From assembly GCA_964563755.1 (NCBI GenBank), contig CAZLYC010000001.1:11548-75547 (forward strand): a DNA stretch of 64,000 nucleotides. The letters run 5' to 3'. Source of the DNA: an uncultured Methanosarcinales archaeon. GTDB lineage: Archaea; Nanobdellota; Nanobdellia; Woesearchaeales; UBA11576. Positions 47,525 through 57,456 of the stretch are shown one piece after another. The position numbers and the translations under genes were made by a program. Position 1 is the stretch's first letter. The number at the start of each line of letters is the position of its first letter. Under the pieces are notes generated by a model, which did no database searches, was not told where the DNA came from, and saw nothing but the letters and a program-made list of their open reading frames with translations.

Positions 47525-49262
47525 ACCGGAACAGAAAAAACTCACAGAGACAAAAGATGAAAGTGGCACAGTAGCACACCAGCTCGCAAAAAAACAAAGA
47601 GAGATAAGCGTAGCAGAATTCTTTGCAAAGAACAGGCATCTTCTAGGATTCGACAACCCAAGAAAAGCACTTCTCACAGCAATAAAAGAAGCAGTAGACA
47701 ACAGCCTTGACGCATGCGAAGAGGCAAGGATACTTCCAGAAATAAGCGTAGAAGCGATAGAGATGGCAGAAAATAGGTTCAGGATTATCATCGAAGATAA
47801 TGGACCCGGAATCGTCAAGAATCAAGTCCCAAAAGTATTCGCAAAACTCCTATACGGAAGCAAGTTCCACAGGCTAAAGATGAGCAGAGGACAGCAGGGG
47901 ATAGGAATATCCGCCTCGGTCATGTATGGACAACTCACAACAGGAAAACCTGCAAGGATAACGACAAGGATAAGCCCTAAACATCCCGCATACTACTGCG
48001 AACTGAAAATAAACACATCGGAAAACAAACCTGAAGTCCTAAAGGAAAACGAAGTCGAGTGGAACAAGGAACATGGAACACGAGTAGAGATAGACCTTGA
48101 AGCGACTTACCAAAAGGGCAGCCAAAGCATAGATGCTTACCTAAAGCAGACTGCAATAGTCAATCCGCACGCAATGATAATCTACACGAACCCGAAAGCA
48201 GAGCAGATAATATTCCCAAGAGCGACTGAAGAACTGCCTGTTGAACCTAAGGAGATAAAGCCACATCCTAAGGGAGTCGAACTCGGATACCTCATAAAAA
48301 TGATGGACGAGACAGAAGCGAGAACAATGCAGAGCTTCTTTGTCAATGATTTCTCAAGAGTCGGCCCTGGAAGCGCTAAAGAGATACTGCAAAAAGCAGG
48401 CATGCTAACAGATTTCGAACCTAGCAAGGTCTCAAGAGAGCAGGCAGAACGCCTGATAAAAGCTATAGAAGACACTAAGCTCATGAACCCGCCTACAGAA
48501 TGCGTAACACCAATCGGCGAAGATCTATTCGAGAAAGGCCTGAAGAAAGAAATCAAGGCGGAATTCTATGCTGTAACCACAAGACCTCCTGAAGTATACA
48601 GGGGAAATCCTTTCATAATAGAAGCAGGGATAGCATTTGGCGGAGACCAAGAAGCAGACCAGCCGATAAAAGTGCTCAGGTACGCAAACCGAGTGCCACT
48701 CCAATACCAGCAGAGCTCATGCGCGATAACACAATCAATAATCCAGACAAACTTCCGAAGCTACGGCCTTAGCCAAAGCAGAGGAGCTATACCGATGGGA
48801 CCATGCACAATAGTCGTGCACCTAGGTTCAGTTTGGGTCCCGTTCACATCAGAATCAAAAGAAGCGATAGCGCATTATCCTGAGATAGTCAAAGAAATAA
48901 AACTCGCGCTGCAAGAATGCGGAAGGAAACTCGCGAGCTATGTCCTCAAAAAACAGAGACTCAACAATGAGATGAAGAAAAGAGGCCACATAGAAAGATA
49001 CATACCGTACATAGGCATGGCACTGCAAGAGCTACTCAAGCTAAGCCCCGGACAAAAAGATAATGTCGAGACAGAGCTCAAAGGTCTCTTGGAAGAAAAA
49101 CGCGGAAAACTTGAGAGCATAGAAGCAGAGAACACAGAATACGATGAAGAAATGGCAAAAATAGGAACGAATGCAGAAGAAGAGCTGTATGATGAAGATA
49201 AGAAAGAAGACGTAGATGATAATGATGGAGACAAGGATGAAGGAGGTGAAGACAATGAGTGA
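47517..49262 (+). CDS. top6B: DNA topoisomerase VI subunit B
   Basis: GHKL/Bergerat ATPase motifs (EAVDNSLDACEEA; IIEDNGPGI; GQQGIGIS), a transducer domain and an acidic C-terminal tail. 581 aa. Confidence 0.9.
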   Translation: MTKPEQKKLTETKDESGTVAHQLAKKQREISVAEFFAKNRHLLGFDNPRKALLTAIKEAVDNSLDACEEARILPEISVEAIEMAENRFRIIIEDNGPGIVKNQVPKVFAKLLYGSKFHRLKMSRGQQGIGISASVMYGQLTTGKPARITTRISPKHPAYYCELKINTSENKPEVLKENEVEWNKEHGTRVEIDLEATYQKGSQSIDAYLKQTAIVNPHAMIIYTNPKAEQIIFPRATEELPVEPKEIKPHPKGVELGYLIKMMDETEARTMQSFFVNDFSRVGPGSAKEILQKAGMLTDFEPSKVSREQAERLIKAIEDTKLMNPPTECVTPIGEDLFEKGLKKEIKAEFYAVTTRPPEVYRGNPFIIEAGIAFGGDQEADQPIKVLRYANRVPLQYQQSSCAITQSIIQTNFRSYGLSQSRGAIPMGPCTIVVHLGSVWVPFTSESKEAIAHYPEIVKEIKLALQECGRKLASYVLKKQRLNNEMKKRGHIERYIPYIGMALQELLKLSPGQKDNVETELKGLLEEKRGKLESIEAENTEYDEEMAKIGTNAEEELYDEDKKEDVDDNDGDKDEGGEDNE

Positions 49263-50352
49263 ACGCGTAGAAAAAGACGTCGTAAAAGAAGTCCAGACCC
49301 TGGCAAAAGGAGTATATACGAACATAACAGACAAGAAACTGCCTTCACTGAACATGCCAATAAGGGCACTCCAGAACGTCAAATACGACCCTAAGGCCGG
49401 ATTCTTTGAACTTGTCGGAAAAAACAAGGAAAGGACACTCACAGCATCAACAGTAAAGACATTCGCCCAGACGCTCCTCATGATGAATGAATCAAAGAAG
49501 ATAGTGGAGACAGACGACATAGCGACTAAAAGAGAAATCTACTACATATCAAAGAACTGGGGAGACGCAAGATTCAACGAACAGCCAGAATCAGATACTG
49601 TAATGGATGACATAGAAGCAATGCTTATGGTAAACCGAGAACAGATGGGATTTATTCCTGAAGAAAAAGGCGGAGACGTAGCAGGAAACCTCATAGTGAT
49701 AGATAAAGACCAGGAAACTGGAAAAGAGATAAAGATTGACTGCACAAAATTCGGCTCAGGAGCGTACTCTGTCCCTAGCAGCGTAGAACACCTCAAGTTC
49801 CAGACAGACGCAAAATTCATACTCGCAATAGAAACAGCAGGATGTTTCCAGAGACTTGTCAAGCACAAGTACTGGAAAAAAGCAAACTGCATACTTGTAT
49901 CTATGGGAGGAGTTCCGACAAGAGCATGCAGGAGATTCATAAGAAGGCTTGCTGACTCGATGAAAGTCCCTGTCTATGTATTCACAGATGGAGACCCATA
50001 CGGATACCTCAACATCTACAGAACGCTCAAAGTCGGAAGCGGAAACGCTGCGCACATAAACCAGTTCTTCTGCGTCCCACAGGCAAAATTCATAGGTGTC
50101 ACGCCACAAGACATAATCGACTACAAACTGCCTACACATCCTCTGAAAGATATTGACATAAAAAGAGTCAAAGATGGAGTAAAGAACGACCCATTTGTAC
50201 AACATTTCAAGGAATGGCAGAACGCACTTGACTTCATGACAAAGATGAAGAAAAGAGTAGAACAGCAGGCATTCGCACAGCACAGCCTGAACTATGTCAT
50301 AGACACATACCTGCCAGAGAAGCTAAAGAACCCGAGCAAGTGGCTACCCTAG
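49255..50352 (+). CDS. top6A: DNA topoisomerase VI subunit A (Spo11 homolog)
   Basis: TOPRIM DxD motif (VYVFTDGDPYGY) and the winged-helix catalytic-Tyr region. ATG at 49255 follows GGAGGTGA and overlaps the top6B stop by 8 nt. Confidence 0.9.
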   Translation: MSERVEKDVVKEVQTLAKGVYTNITDKKLPSLNMPIRALQNVKYDPKAGFFELVGKNKERTLTASTVKTFAQTLLMMNESKKIVETDDIATKREIYYISKNWGDARFNEQPESDTVMDDIEAMLMVNREQMGFIPEEKGGDVAGNLIVIDKDQETGKEIKIDCTKFGSGAYSVPSSVEHLKFQTDAKFILAIETAGCFQRLVKHKYWKKANCILVSMGGVPTRACRRFIRRLADSMKVPVYVFTDGDPYGYLNIYRTLKVGSGNAAHINQFFCVPQAKFIGVTPQDIIDYKLPTHPLKDIDIKRVKDGVKNDPFVQHFKEWQNALDFMTKMKKRVEQQAFAQHSLNYVIDTYLPEKLKNPSKWLP

Positions 50353-50357
50353 GCAAA

Positions 50358-50368
50358 TTATTTAAATA
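50358..50368 (+). promoter_or_regulatory. TATA-box-like element (ttatttaaata) about 30 nt upstream of the tRNA pair
   Basis: Position and composition fit an archaeal tRNA promoter. Confidence 0.45.
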
Positions 50369-50398
50369 CTGCTCCTGAAAAAGGGAAAGAATAAAAAA

Positions 50399-50494
50399 GG
50401 CCCTGTAGCGCAGCTTGGATAGCGCGACTGCCTTCTAAGGCAGAAAAAGCTAAAGGAAAGCAGTAGGTCGTGGGTTCAAATCCCATCAGGGCCG
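50399..50494 (+). tRNA. tRNA-Arg (anticodon UCU) with a ~21-nt intron at the canonical 37/38 position
   Basis: Acceptor GGCCCTG/CAGGGCC, D-arm GCGC-AGCTTGGATA-GCGC, anticodon stem ACTGC...GCAGT, loop CTTCTA|A, intron AGGCAGAAAAAGCTAAAGGAA, variable loop AGGTC, T-arm GTGGG-TTCAAAT-CCCAT, discriminator G. Confidence 0.8.
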
Positions 50495-50497
50495 TAT

Positions 50498-50619
50498 GGC
50501 GGCGTCGCCAAATCCGGTAAGGCAATCGCCTGCAGACTGGACACAACGCTGTGTCGAGCGCGAAAGCGCGATGAGAGGAAGACAGCGATCATTTGGGGGT
50601 TCAAATCCCTCCGCCGCCT
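50498..50619 (+). tRNA. tRNA-Cys (anticodon GCA) with a ~48-nt intron containing a GNRA-capped hairpin
   Basis: Acceptor GGCGGCG/CGCCGCC with discriminator U (typical of Cys). Anticodon stem ATCGC...GCGAT, loop CTGCAG|A. The intron includes GCGCGAAAGCGCG. Variable loop CATTT, T-arm GGGGG-TTCAAAT-CCCTC, then poly-T. It starts 3 nt after tRNA-Arg. Confidence 0.75.
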
Positions 50620-50719
50620 TTTTTAATCAACCAATAAAATGCGTACCAGAATAATGATTTCTAAAGAGAGGAAACGAATAAGTCATGGACAAAATCGCCA
50701 TAACAAAAGGTGAATAACA

Positions 50720-51196
50720 ATGGCATCATGCGAGATGTGCGGAAGGGAGACAAGGCTTGCAAAAGCCAAAGTCGAGGGCACTTTACTTGACGTTTGCGAA
50801 CAGTGCGCAAGATTTGGCGAGATAGTGTCCATGCCAAGAGCGATGTCAAGAGAGATGCCGCAGGCAAGACAAGCAGCAGTGCCCAAAAGAAAAGAGATAG
50901 TTGAGATGATTTCTTCGGATTATGCTCAGAAGATAAAGGCCAAGAGGGAGAAATTCGGTCTTACGCAGGAAGAATTTGCGAAAAAGCTTAACGAGAAAAT
51001 CTCTGTCATGCAAAAACTTGAATCCGGACAGATGAAACCATCAATAGAGCTCGCAAGAAAGCTTGAACGGGCGCTCGGAATAGAGATTGTCGAGCAGTAC
51101 GGAGATGAAGGCGGAGAGGCACCAATAGGAAGTGGTCAACGCAAGAAAGAAGACGGATTCACGCTAGGGGATTTCATAAAGACAAGAAAGAAGTAA
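50720..51196 (+). CDS. mbf1: Archaeal MBF1 (multiprotein bridging factor 1): zinc ribbon plus Cro/C1-type HTH
   Basis: N-terminal CEMCG...CEQCARFG zinc ribbon and a C-terminal XRE-type HTH (FGLTQEEFAKKLNEKISVMQKLESGQMKPSIELARKLERALGIEI). 158 aa. Confidence 0.8.
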   Translation: MASCEMCGRETRLAKAKVEGTLLDVCEQCARFGEIVSMPRAMSREMPQARQAAVPKRKEIVEMISSDYAQKIKAKREKFGLTQEEFAKKLNEKISVMQKLESGQMKPSIELARKLERALGIEIVEQYGDEGGEAPIGSGQRKKEDGFTLGDFIKTRKK

Positions 51197-51200
51197 AAAA

Positions 51201-52694
51201 TCATTCATCAAGCCGCATGACTTCCCATACAGAAACGCCATTCTTATCATACACATTCGTGAATGTCATCCGGTCGTTCAGCAGGAAAAGCAAACCCTCG
51301 TTCTGCTTTGTCCAGACAGAATCCGAGCGCATCCTCGGAGTTATGTAGATATACCTTATGTTGTAGTTCTTGAAAAGAGTCTTCGCATCATCCAACTTGC
51401 GTCCATAGAACAACGAGTCCTGGACCTTGTAGGTGAAACGCTGGTCATAGCCAGATGAAAAGAATGCGTCTGTAAGAACAGGATTCCTTGCGACAGTCGA
51501 TATCAGATAGCCCTCATCATAGTGAGAGAGGACAAAACCATCCTTGAATGCGTTATCGCGCATCCATGCCAAGCTATCCATCATATCCTTGTCAGGCTCA
51601 AGAGATTCCAGCCTTTCCAGATAAGATATTGTTGAGAACAATATACCACATATGAGTATCAGAATGGACAGGTCCTTAAGCATAGGAACAGCAGACTTCT
51701 CCTCTGTTAACTTCACGAAACCCATGCCTCCTGCCACCGCGACAAAGAACGCAAGATACATGCTGATGAAACTACCGAAGAAAAACAGACACACAAAAAG
51801 CAGAGTAGAAATACCAAAAAAAGGAAGGAAATCAGACTTATCCTTCCAATTGGACACAACACCATGCGCTGCAAGGACTATGCTGAATATGCCAAAACCA
51901 ATCATTCCGCCAAGGTCAGAGAAAAGGCTGCTGATTATGTTCACCTCGTGCTCATAAGCGTAATTATAGAACAGCTTAGAGCCCATCGCGAGCGAAAAAA
52001 ATGCTGTCATGAAAGCGGTGACGACAAAACGGCTCTGCATCTTCCTCTTAAGCAGTATGTAAGAGAGAAGAAGAAGCAATACAAGCACCGTATTGAAAAG
52101 GCTGAACAGTGAGACTATCAAAAGGCACGCAAGGGACAAGAAAGCAAAAATCCTGCCTTCATTCATGAAAAAATAAAAACCGAGCAAAGAAAATACTATG
52201 ACCGCAGCATTCGCATTCGAGACAGTGAACAAGTATATGAAAGCAGGATTGAGGACAAGCAAGATAAGAGATACGTGCCGCTTATAATCATCCTTAATGA
52301 AACGCTTCAGGATAAGATTGAACACAAGCAAAGACAAGACTCCTGCTAAAAACGGGGCTATACGAGAGGAGGTCTGAAGCGAGAAAATACTCGATGCGTA
52401 CACAAGGAAGTAATGATACGGATTGAACACATAATTCCTATGCGAATACGCCATGTCCTGTATATCCTCAGGAGGATTGAAAAGATTGTATGACTTCTCC
52501 TTAATGAGTTCTGCAGAAGCCCTGAGATGATAATACGACTCTGAACCCACCAACGAGTCATTGCCTGAATAGAACCGTGCAAAATTCGGAAAAACGAGCA
52601 CAAAGAAAAGCAAGACTATCGCAGGGATGAAAAGGTTGCGTTTCTTCAGCCCAAGATTAAGGTATTCCATCATCTTGCTACACCTGCCCTGCAT
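51201..52694 (-). CDS. Polytopic GT-C-type membrane glycosyltransferase (ArnT/PMT/STT3-like), paralog 1
   Basis: At least 10 TM helices followed by a soluble C-terminal domain (DSLAWMRDNAFKDGFVLSHYDEGYLIST...). That domain resembles the downstream paralog (ALEWLKHNSEAGSVVLSTISEGNLVSA...). Confidence 0.45.
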   Translation of the reverse strand: MQGRCSKMMEYLNLGLKKRNLFIPAIVLLFFVLVFPNFARFYSGNDSLVGSESYYHLRASAELIKEKSYNLFNPPEDIQDMAYSHRNYVFNPYHYFLVYASSIFSLQTSSRIAPFLAGVLSLLVFNLILKRFIKDDYKRHVSLILLVLNPAFIYLFTVSNANAAVIVFSLLGFYFFMNEGRIFAFLSLACLLIVSLFSLFNTVLVLLLLLSYILLKRKMQSRFVVTAFMTAFFSLAMGSKLFYNYAYEHEVNIISSLFSDLGGMIGFGIFSIVLAAHGVVSNWKDKSDFLPFFGISTLLFVCLFFFGSFISMYLAFFVAVAGGMGFVKLTEEKSAVPMLKDLSILILICGILFSTISYLERLESLEPDKDMMDSLAWMRDNAFKDGFVLSHYDEGYLISTVARNPVLTDAFFSSGYDQRFTYKVQDSLFYGRKLDDAKTLFKNYNIRYIYITPRMRSDSVWTKQNEGLLFLLNDRMTFTNVYDKNGVSVWEVMRLDE

Positions 52695-54172
52695 AGAACC
52701 TTGTAGATCTTCACGTTCGAATCATAGACCAGCTCGAAACAATCCTTATCAACATACTTGAGCTCAGATATGTTGAACACGGTTTTCGCCCTGCCTGAGA
52801 AATACACATAGCTCACATCATACTTTGTCATCGTCTCAAGCGCACTTGTCTTCAATATGGCAACATACATCTGCCGAACATCATCAAATACAGCATCTGA
52901 CTGTCGTATCATGAGAAAATCATTATCAGCGACATTCTTCCTCTCTGCTATCGCTGAGACCAGATTGCCTTCGGATATTGTCGAGAGCACCACTGACCCT
53001 GCTTCTGAATTATGCTTAAGCCATTCAAGAGCATTGATCTCATCATCACTAACTGAATCTGATATTGCAAGGGATGCCCTTGCAACAGACGGCAGAAGCG
53101 AGGATAATATCACGAGCAGAAGAAGAGGCAGCCAAAATAGGTTCTTGTATGCTGAAATCTTTGTCATATCGATATACTTGAAAAAAAGATTCAAAGTCTG
53201 GCCAAGAAGAGGAATGAGAATAGCGCCAAGGAACATGAGACCAGTCTCTAGCGTCATCATCTTTGACCAGAGAAGGAAAGCGACTGAAAGCGCAAAAGCC
53301 ATGAGAAGATATGTCCTCTTGTCACGCTGCTGGAACATGTATCTGTAAACCGCATAGACACCAAGCACAAGAGGAAGCAAGCCTATACTTGTGACGCTCG
53401 CTATCAAGTCGACATCCTGAAAATATGAAGAAAGCACCTGTGAGGGTATGTTCTGCCATATCAATGAGTATGAATGGAAAAGGAAAGCCCTCTTGTAAAG
53501 CATTATATTGACCCAAAGAGTCATGAAAGTGACGAAAAGTATCGAATCAAGCTCTGTCCTATCCTTGATATCATACTCCAGCTTAATCAACAACAAGTAG
53601 ATAAGAAGACCGAAAATGAAAAGGAAAGAGACTGCGCTCGTCAATGAGAGGAAGAGAGACAAAATAAGGAACTGATAAAAGTACTCCTTCCGGTCTATAC
53701 GCATGAAACAATACAGCACATAGAACATAAGAGGCAAAAGGAAAGACAATACCGATGCAGAATTCAAAGTGCCTGCAAAAAAAACAGGTATGAACGCTGA
53801 GGTAAAAGAGCAAAACAAAGCAATGCTGCGATTCTTTGTCAGCTCATAGACGATAAGGTAGATGATTATCACTAAAGTGCATGCGAGTATGTTCGGTATT
53901 ATCTTCAATGTCAGGACTGTCCCAAGCACAAAAGAAAACACTGAAAGAAGGTAATAATAGACAGGAGGAAATACGTGAATCCTGCCTGAATAGCTCAAAT
54001 CATCAAAGTATGAAGGGAAAAAATCCTGGCCTATCAGCTCTACCTGTCGATAGGTGAAGTAGGAATCTCCAATCACGAAATTATCTGTCTGGAAAGCAAG
54101 GAACAGCCTTATGGCTAGTGCAAAAACAAATATTCCCCCCACAAGATAAGCGTAAAACCTACGATTAACCAT
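52670..54172 (-). CDS. Polytopic GT-C-type membrane glycosyltransferase, paralog 2
   Basis: Same architecture as 51201-52694. An N-terminal loop has YFDDLSYSGR between TM1 and TM2. Overlaps the downstream gene by 25 nt on the same strand. Confidence 0.45.
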   Translation of the reverse strand: MVNRRFYAYLVGGIFVFALAIRLFLAFQTDNFVIGDSYFTYRQVELIGQDFFPSYFDDLSYSGRIHVFPPVYYYLLSVFSFVLGTVLTLKIIPNILACTLVIIIYLIVYELTKNRSIALFCSFTSAFIPVFFAGTLNSASVLSFLLPLMFYVLYCFMRIDRKEYFYQFLILSLFLSLTSAVSFLFIFGLLIYLLLIKLEYDIKDRTELDSILFVTFMTLWVNIMLYKRAFLFHSYSLIWQNIPSQVLSSYFQDVDLIASVTSIGLLPLVLGVYAVYRYMFQQRDKRTYLLMAFALSVAFLLWSKMMTLETGLMFLGAILIPLLGQTLNLFFKYIDMTKISAYKNLFWLPLLLLVILSSLLPSVARASLAISDSVSDDEINALEWLKHNSEAGSVVLSTISEGNLVSAIAERKNVADNDFLMIRQSDAVFDDVRQMYVAILKTSALETMTKYDVSYVYFSGRAKTVFNISELKYVDKDCFELVYDSNVKIYKVLCRAGVAR

Positions 54173-54247
54173 AGCAAATAATCCTCTAAAAGGACTATTT
54201 ATATCTTTGGCAAAAGCTTTATAAAACGCATTAACCTAGTAAAAACC

Positions 54248-54934
54248 ATGGAAAACACAAGGATAACGACAGGAAGTGAAGCGCTTGACAAGCTCCTATC
54301 TGGCGGGTACGAGACAGACACTGTCACGACAATATATGGTCCTTCAGGAAGCGGAAAGACAAACATATGCGTCATAGCCGCAGCAACAATCGCGAAGACA
54401 GGGAAAAAAGTCATCTATATAGACACAGAAGGAGGGTTCTCTGTAGAAAGACTCAAACAGATGACACCAGACTACAAGGAATTGCTGAACAATATGGTCT
54501 TCCTGCAGCCGATGAACTTCACAGAACAGAGAAACGCGTTCGGAAAACTTTCAAAGCTTGTTGATGATAATATAGGGATAATAATCGTCGATACAATATC
54601 TATGCTATACCGCCTTGAGATAGGCCAGACCGACGACGTGTATTCTGTGAACAAAGATTTAGGCACGCAGATATCATACCTTAGCGAAATCGCAAGAAGA
54701 AAGAACATACCAGTACTTATCGCGAACCAGGTATATTCAAGCTTCGAAGAGAAAGAGAACATAAAGATAGTCGGCGGAGACATCCTGAAATACGGAAGCA
54801 AATGCCTAATAGAACTACAGAAAGGGCATAACGGCATAAGAAGGGCTATCCTGAAGAAGCACAGGAGCATAGCAGAGGACAGAGAAGCTGTGTTTAAGAT
54901 AATCAATGAAGGAATAGAAGAGTTCAAAGCCTGA
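54248..54934 (+). CDS. radB: DNA repair and recombination protein RadB
   Basis: Short RecA-family core without the N-terminal HhH domain. Walker A GPSGSGKTN. Begins ITTGSEALDKLLSGGYETDTVTTIYG. 228 aa. Confidence 0.8.
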   Translation: MENTRITTGSEALDKLLSGGYETDTVTTIYGPSGSGKTNICVIAAATIAKTGKKVIYIDTEGGFSVERLKQMTPDYKELLNNMVFLQPMNFTEQRNAFGKLSKLVDDNIGIIIVDTISMLYRLEIGQTDDVYSVNKDLGTQISYLSEIARRKNIPVLIANQVYSSFEEKENIKIVGGDILKYGSKCLIELQKGHNGIRRAILKKHRSIAEDREAVFKIINEGIEEFKA

Positions 54935-55045
54935 AAGATTTGCTTTTAGCTAAAAAACCACGACACTTCTTTTATAAACAAAAAATACCTTGATGCATAT
55001 AGAAAGCTTTTAGTAACACCCCTAAAAAACGCTAAAGGTGAAACA

Positions 55046-55645
55046 ATGCTGCTTGAAAAAATAATAGAGATGCCAGACCCAAAATATCCTCTGAAAAGCA
55101 AAGTCGACATAGACGAAGCACCGACACTCAATATCCTTCTCACAGGACAAGGACCAAGAAAGGACTGCCCTAACATACTCACAGTGCATGTCGAATACAG
55201 GAGCTGGGAAGAGACCGAACTCCTGAAACAATACCTGAAAGCCCATCCGAACAACAAGACAGCGTCCAACAACAACGTGCAGCTCTATGAGTCAGGTGAT
55301 GAGAAGACGTTCCTATACGAATTCGACTGCAATACCGGAGCCATGAACATCGCTGCAGTGTACAGAGGATCAAAATTCAGCGACCCGCAGTTCAGGTACA
55401 ACGAAAGGCTCATAGAAGAATGGAGACCACAAAATAAAAACAAGAGACAGAAGAAGAAAGAGCACAGCAACTACAACAGCGTCGTTGACAAGGCATATTG
55501 CCTGATGGGCGACCTAAGAAAAAAAATCACTGAAGAAGCGAAAAAGCCAAACCTCAAAATCAAAGAGAAAGACAAGATGATATATTTCATCAGTGCACTT
55601 GACAAGATATGCAGTTATGACCGAGAATCATTGAAAATAAAATAA
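55046..55645 (+). CDS. Hypothetical protein
   Basis: 199-aa ORF with a Lys-rich C-terminus. No recognised motif. Confidence 0.35.
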   Translation: MLLEKIIEMPDPKYPLKSKVDIDEAPTLNILLTGQGPRKDCPNILTVHVEYRSWEETELLKQYLKAHPNNKTASNNNVQLYESGDEKTFLYEFDCNTGAMNIAAVYRGSKFSDPQFRYNERLIEEWRPQNKNKRQKKKEHSNYNSVVDKAYCLMGDLRKKITEEAKKPNLKIKEKDKMIYFISALDKICSYDRESLKIK

Positions 55646-55661
55646 AAAAAAGAAAAAAAAC

Positions 55662-56276
55662 TTACTGTTCTGTGAAATCCTCGACAGACAGCTCGAGTTC
55701 CTTGTCCCTCGGGAGCATACCACGCTCGCGCAAGTAATGCGTAGCAAGGATGTGGAATAAAATACCCAGAGACTTCTTGCCCTTATTATTGCAAGGCACG
55801 ACGAAATCTATGTTATTCGTCTGGTTATTCGTATCGCACAATGCTATAACAGGTATACCTGCCTTCATCGCATCATTGATTGCGTTCCTGTCAGGCCATG
55901 CGTCGACAACAAGAATGACCTTGGTCTCGATGAATGTCTTGAGGTTTGTGTTAGTCAATATTCCCGGAGGATACCTTCCTGCGAAAACCTTTATGCCTGT
56001 CACCTTGTTGAACATCTTCACAGGCTTCCAGCCGTTCTCCCTCCTGCAGCAGATTATTATGTCCTGCGGCTCATACTTCGACAGGAACTTAGCTGCGAGG
56101 CCTATCCTCTCATCAATCTTCTGCAGATTCAGGACATAAAGCCCGTCAGGCCTTGTCTTGTAGATGAAGTTCTCCATGTACTTTGTCTTGAACTTAGTAC
56201 CTATGTGGATGCCTGCCTTGAGATAATGATCAATCGGCACCAAAAGCTGTTCGTCTCCCATTCTGAATTCCTCCAA
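55662..56276 (-). CDS. rps2: 30S ribosomal protein S2 (uS2)
   Basis: LLVPIDHYLKAGIHIGTKFKTKYMENFIYKTRPDGLYVLNLQKIDERIGLAAKFL matches the archaeal uS2 N-terminal block. About 200 aa. Confidence 0.85.
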   Translation of the reverse strand: MEEFRMGDEQLLVPIDHYLKAGIHIGTKFKTKYMENFIYKTRPDGLYVLNLQKIDERIGLAAKFLSKYEPQDIIICCRRENGWKPVKMFNKVTGIKVFAGRYPPGILTNTNLKTFIETKVILVVDAWPDRNAINDAMKAGIPVIALCDTNNQTNNIDFVVPCNNKGKKSLGILFHILATHYLRERGMLPRDKELELSVEDFTEQ

Positions 56277-56401
56277 AAAAGCGCAATAGAAAAAGCTTCT
56301 ATTGCCGCATTATTATCGCCCTGCGACACGCATAAGGTCCATTTAAGCTAACCCTTATGCTGGGCTGTTTTGATAAAAATAAAAACAGGTTACTTATAAA
56401 A

Positions 56402-56938
56402 CTATTGACGAGCCTCAAAACCCTTTAAAACCTCATAAATAGGTCCTTTAGACGTCAAAGTCGATTTTATCAGCTTGAAAGAAGATACAGAAAATCGTGC
56501 TTCCTGGATTTTTGCGGCATCAAGCGCAGCTAAGAACAATTTCTTGTCATCTATGAACTTAATCCTTGACAAAGTAAGATGCGGATGAAAATTATTGTCC
56601 AATTCAAAGCCGAGCTTTCTTGTGGCTCCATCAACTTTTGACTGGAGCTCCATGATTTCCTTGTGCGGCTCGATACCGACCCACATAACCCTCGCAGCAT
56701 TCCTATCAGGAAAGACACCCACGCCTGAAAGATGAACATCAAACTTGCTGAATGATATCTTAGAAAGCTCTGAAACAACAGCATTAACTTTTTTCTCATC
56801 AACCTCTCCAAGAAATTTAAGAGTAAGATGAAAATCACTGACATTTGTGGCCTTGCCAGGGAAAACGATCTTCCTCTGTGCATCGATAAGAATACGTTTG
56901 ACCTCTTCAGGGATTTCTATCGCAATGAACAAGCGCAT
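56402..56938 (-). CDS. thpR: RNA 2',3'-cyclic phosphodiesterase / 2'-5' RNA ligase (LigT/ThpR, 2H family)
   Basis: Two H-x-T/S-x motifs (FHLTLKFLG and HPHLTLSRIK) starting from MRLFIAIEIP. 178 aa. Confidence 0.8.
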   Translation of the reverse strand: MRLFIAIEIPEEVKRILIDAQRKIVFPGKATNVSDFHLTLKFLGEVDEKKVNAVVSELSKISFSKFDVHLSGVGVFPDRNAARVMWVGIEPHKEIMELQSKVDGATRKLGFELDNNFHPHLTLSRIKFIDDKKLFLAALDAAKIQEARFSVSSFKLIKSTLTSKGPIYEVLKGFEARQ

Positions 56939-56970
56939 TTTAAAGAAATAAAAGATTAAAAAAATTGAAA

Positions 56971-57456
56971 TCAGTCGGTTTTCTCTTCCTCGCCGAAATC
57001 CTCAGAATCCTCTGGCAAAGGAGGTGCGTCCATCTCCTCTGAAGACTGCTCGCCGAACTCCTGAGAATCCTTTGGAGCTTCTTCTTGCGCTTCTGATTCT
57101 GGCTGGGCTGATTCCTCTTGAGTTGCTCCTTCCTTAGGCGCAGACTTGCCGATCACTTCCGCAAATCCAACCTTCCGAAGCACCTTGGTAACGCGAATCT
57201 TGACTTCGTCGCCTTCCTTGGTGTTAGGCACGAACAAGACGAAGCCGCGCTTCCTGGCAATACCATCGCCTTTCTCGCCAACAGCTTCTATCCTTACGTC
57301 CAACTCTTCTCCGACTTTAACTGGTGCGAAACCTCCTCCGCCACCACCGAATCCACCGCCGCCGAATCCGCCACCGAATCCACCGCCGTGTGAATCTCCA
57401 CCATCTCTATTTCGAGGCCTAAAGCCTCCCCTTCCGCCTTCGCCGTACATATTCAC
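56971..57456 (-). CDS. TRAM-domain RNA-binding protein with an N-terminal Gly/Arg-rich region and an acidic C-terminal tail
   Basis: GGFGGGFGGGGFGGGGGGF low-complexity stretch, then a TRAM-like beta-barrel (VKVGEELDVRIEAVGEKGDGIARKRGFVLFVPNTKEGDEVKIRVTKV). Confidence 0.65.
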   Translation of the reverse strand: MNMYGEGGRGGFRPRNRDGGDSHGGGFGGGFGGGGFGGGGGGFAPVKVGEELDVRIEAVGEKGDGIARKRGFVLFVPNTKEGDEVKIRVTKVLRKVGFAEVIGKSAPKEGATQEESAQPESEAQEEAPKDSQEFGEQSSEEMDAPPLPEDSEDFGEEEKTD

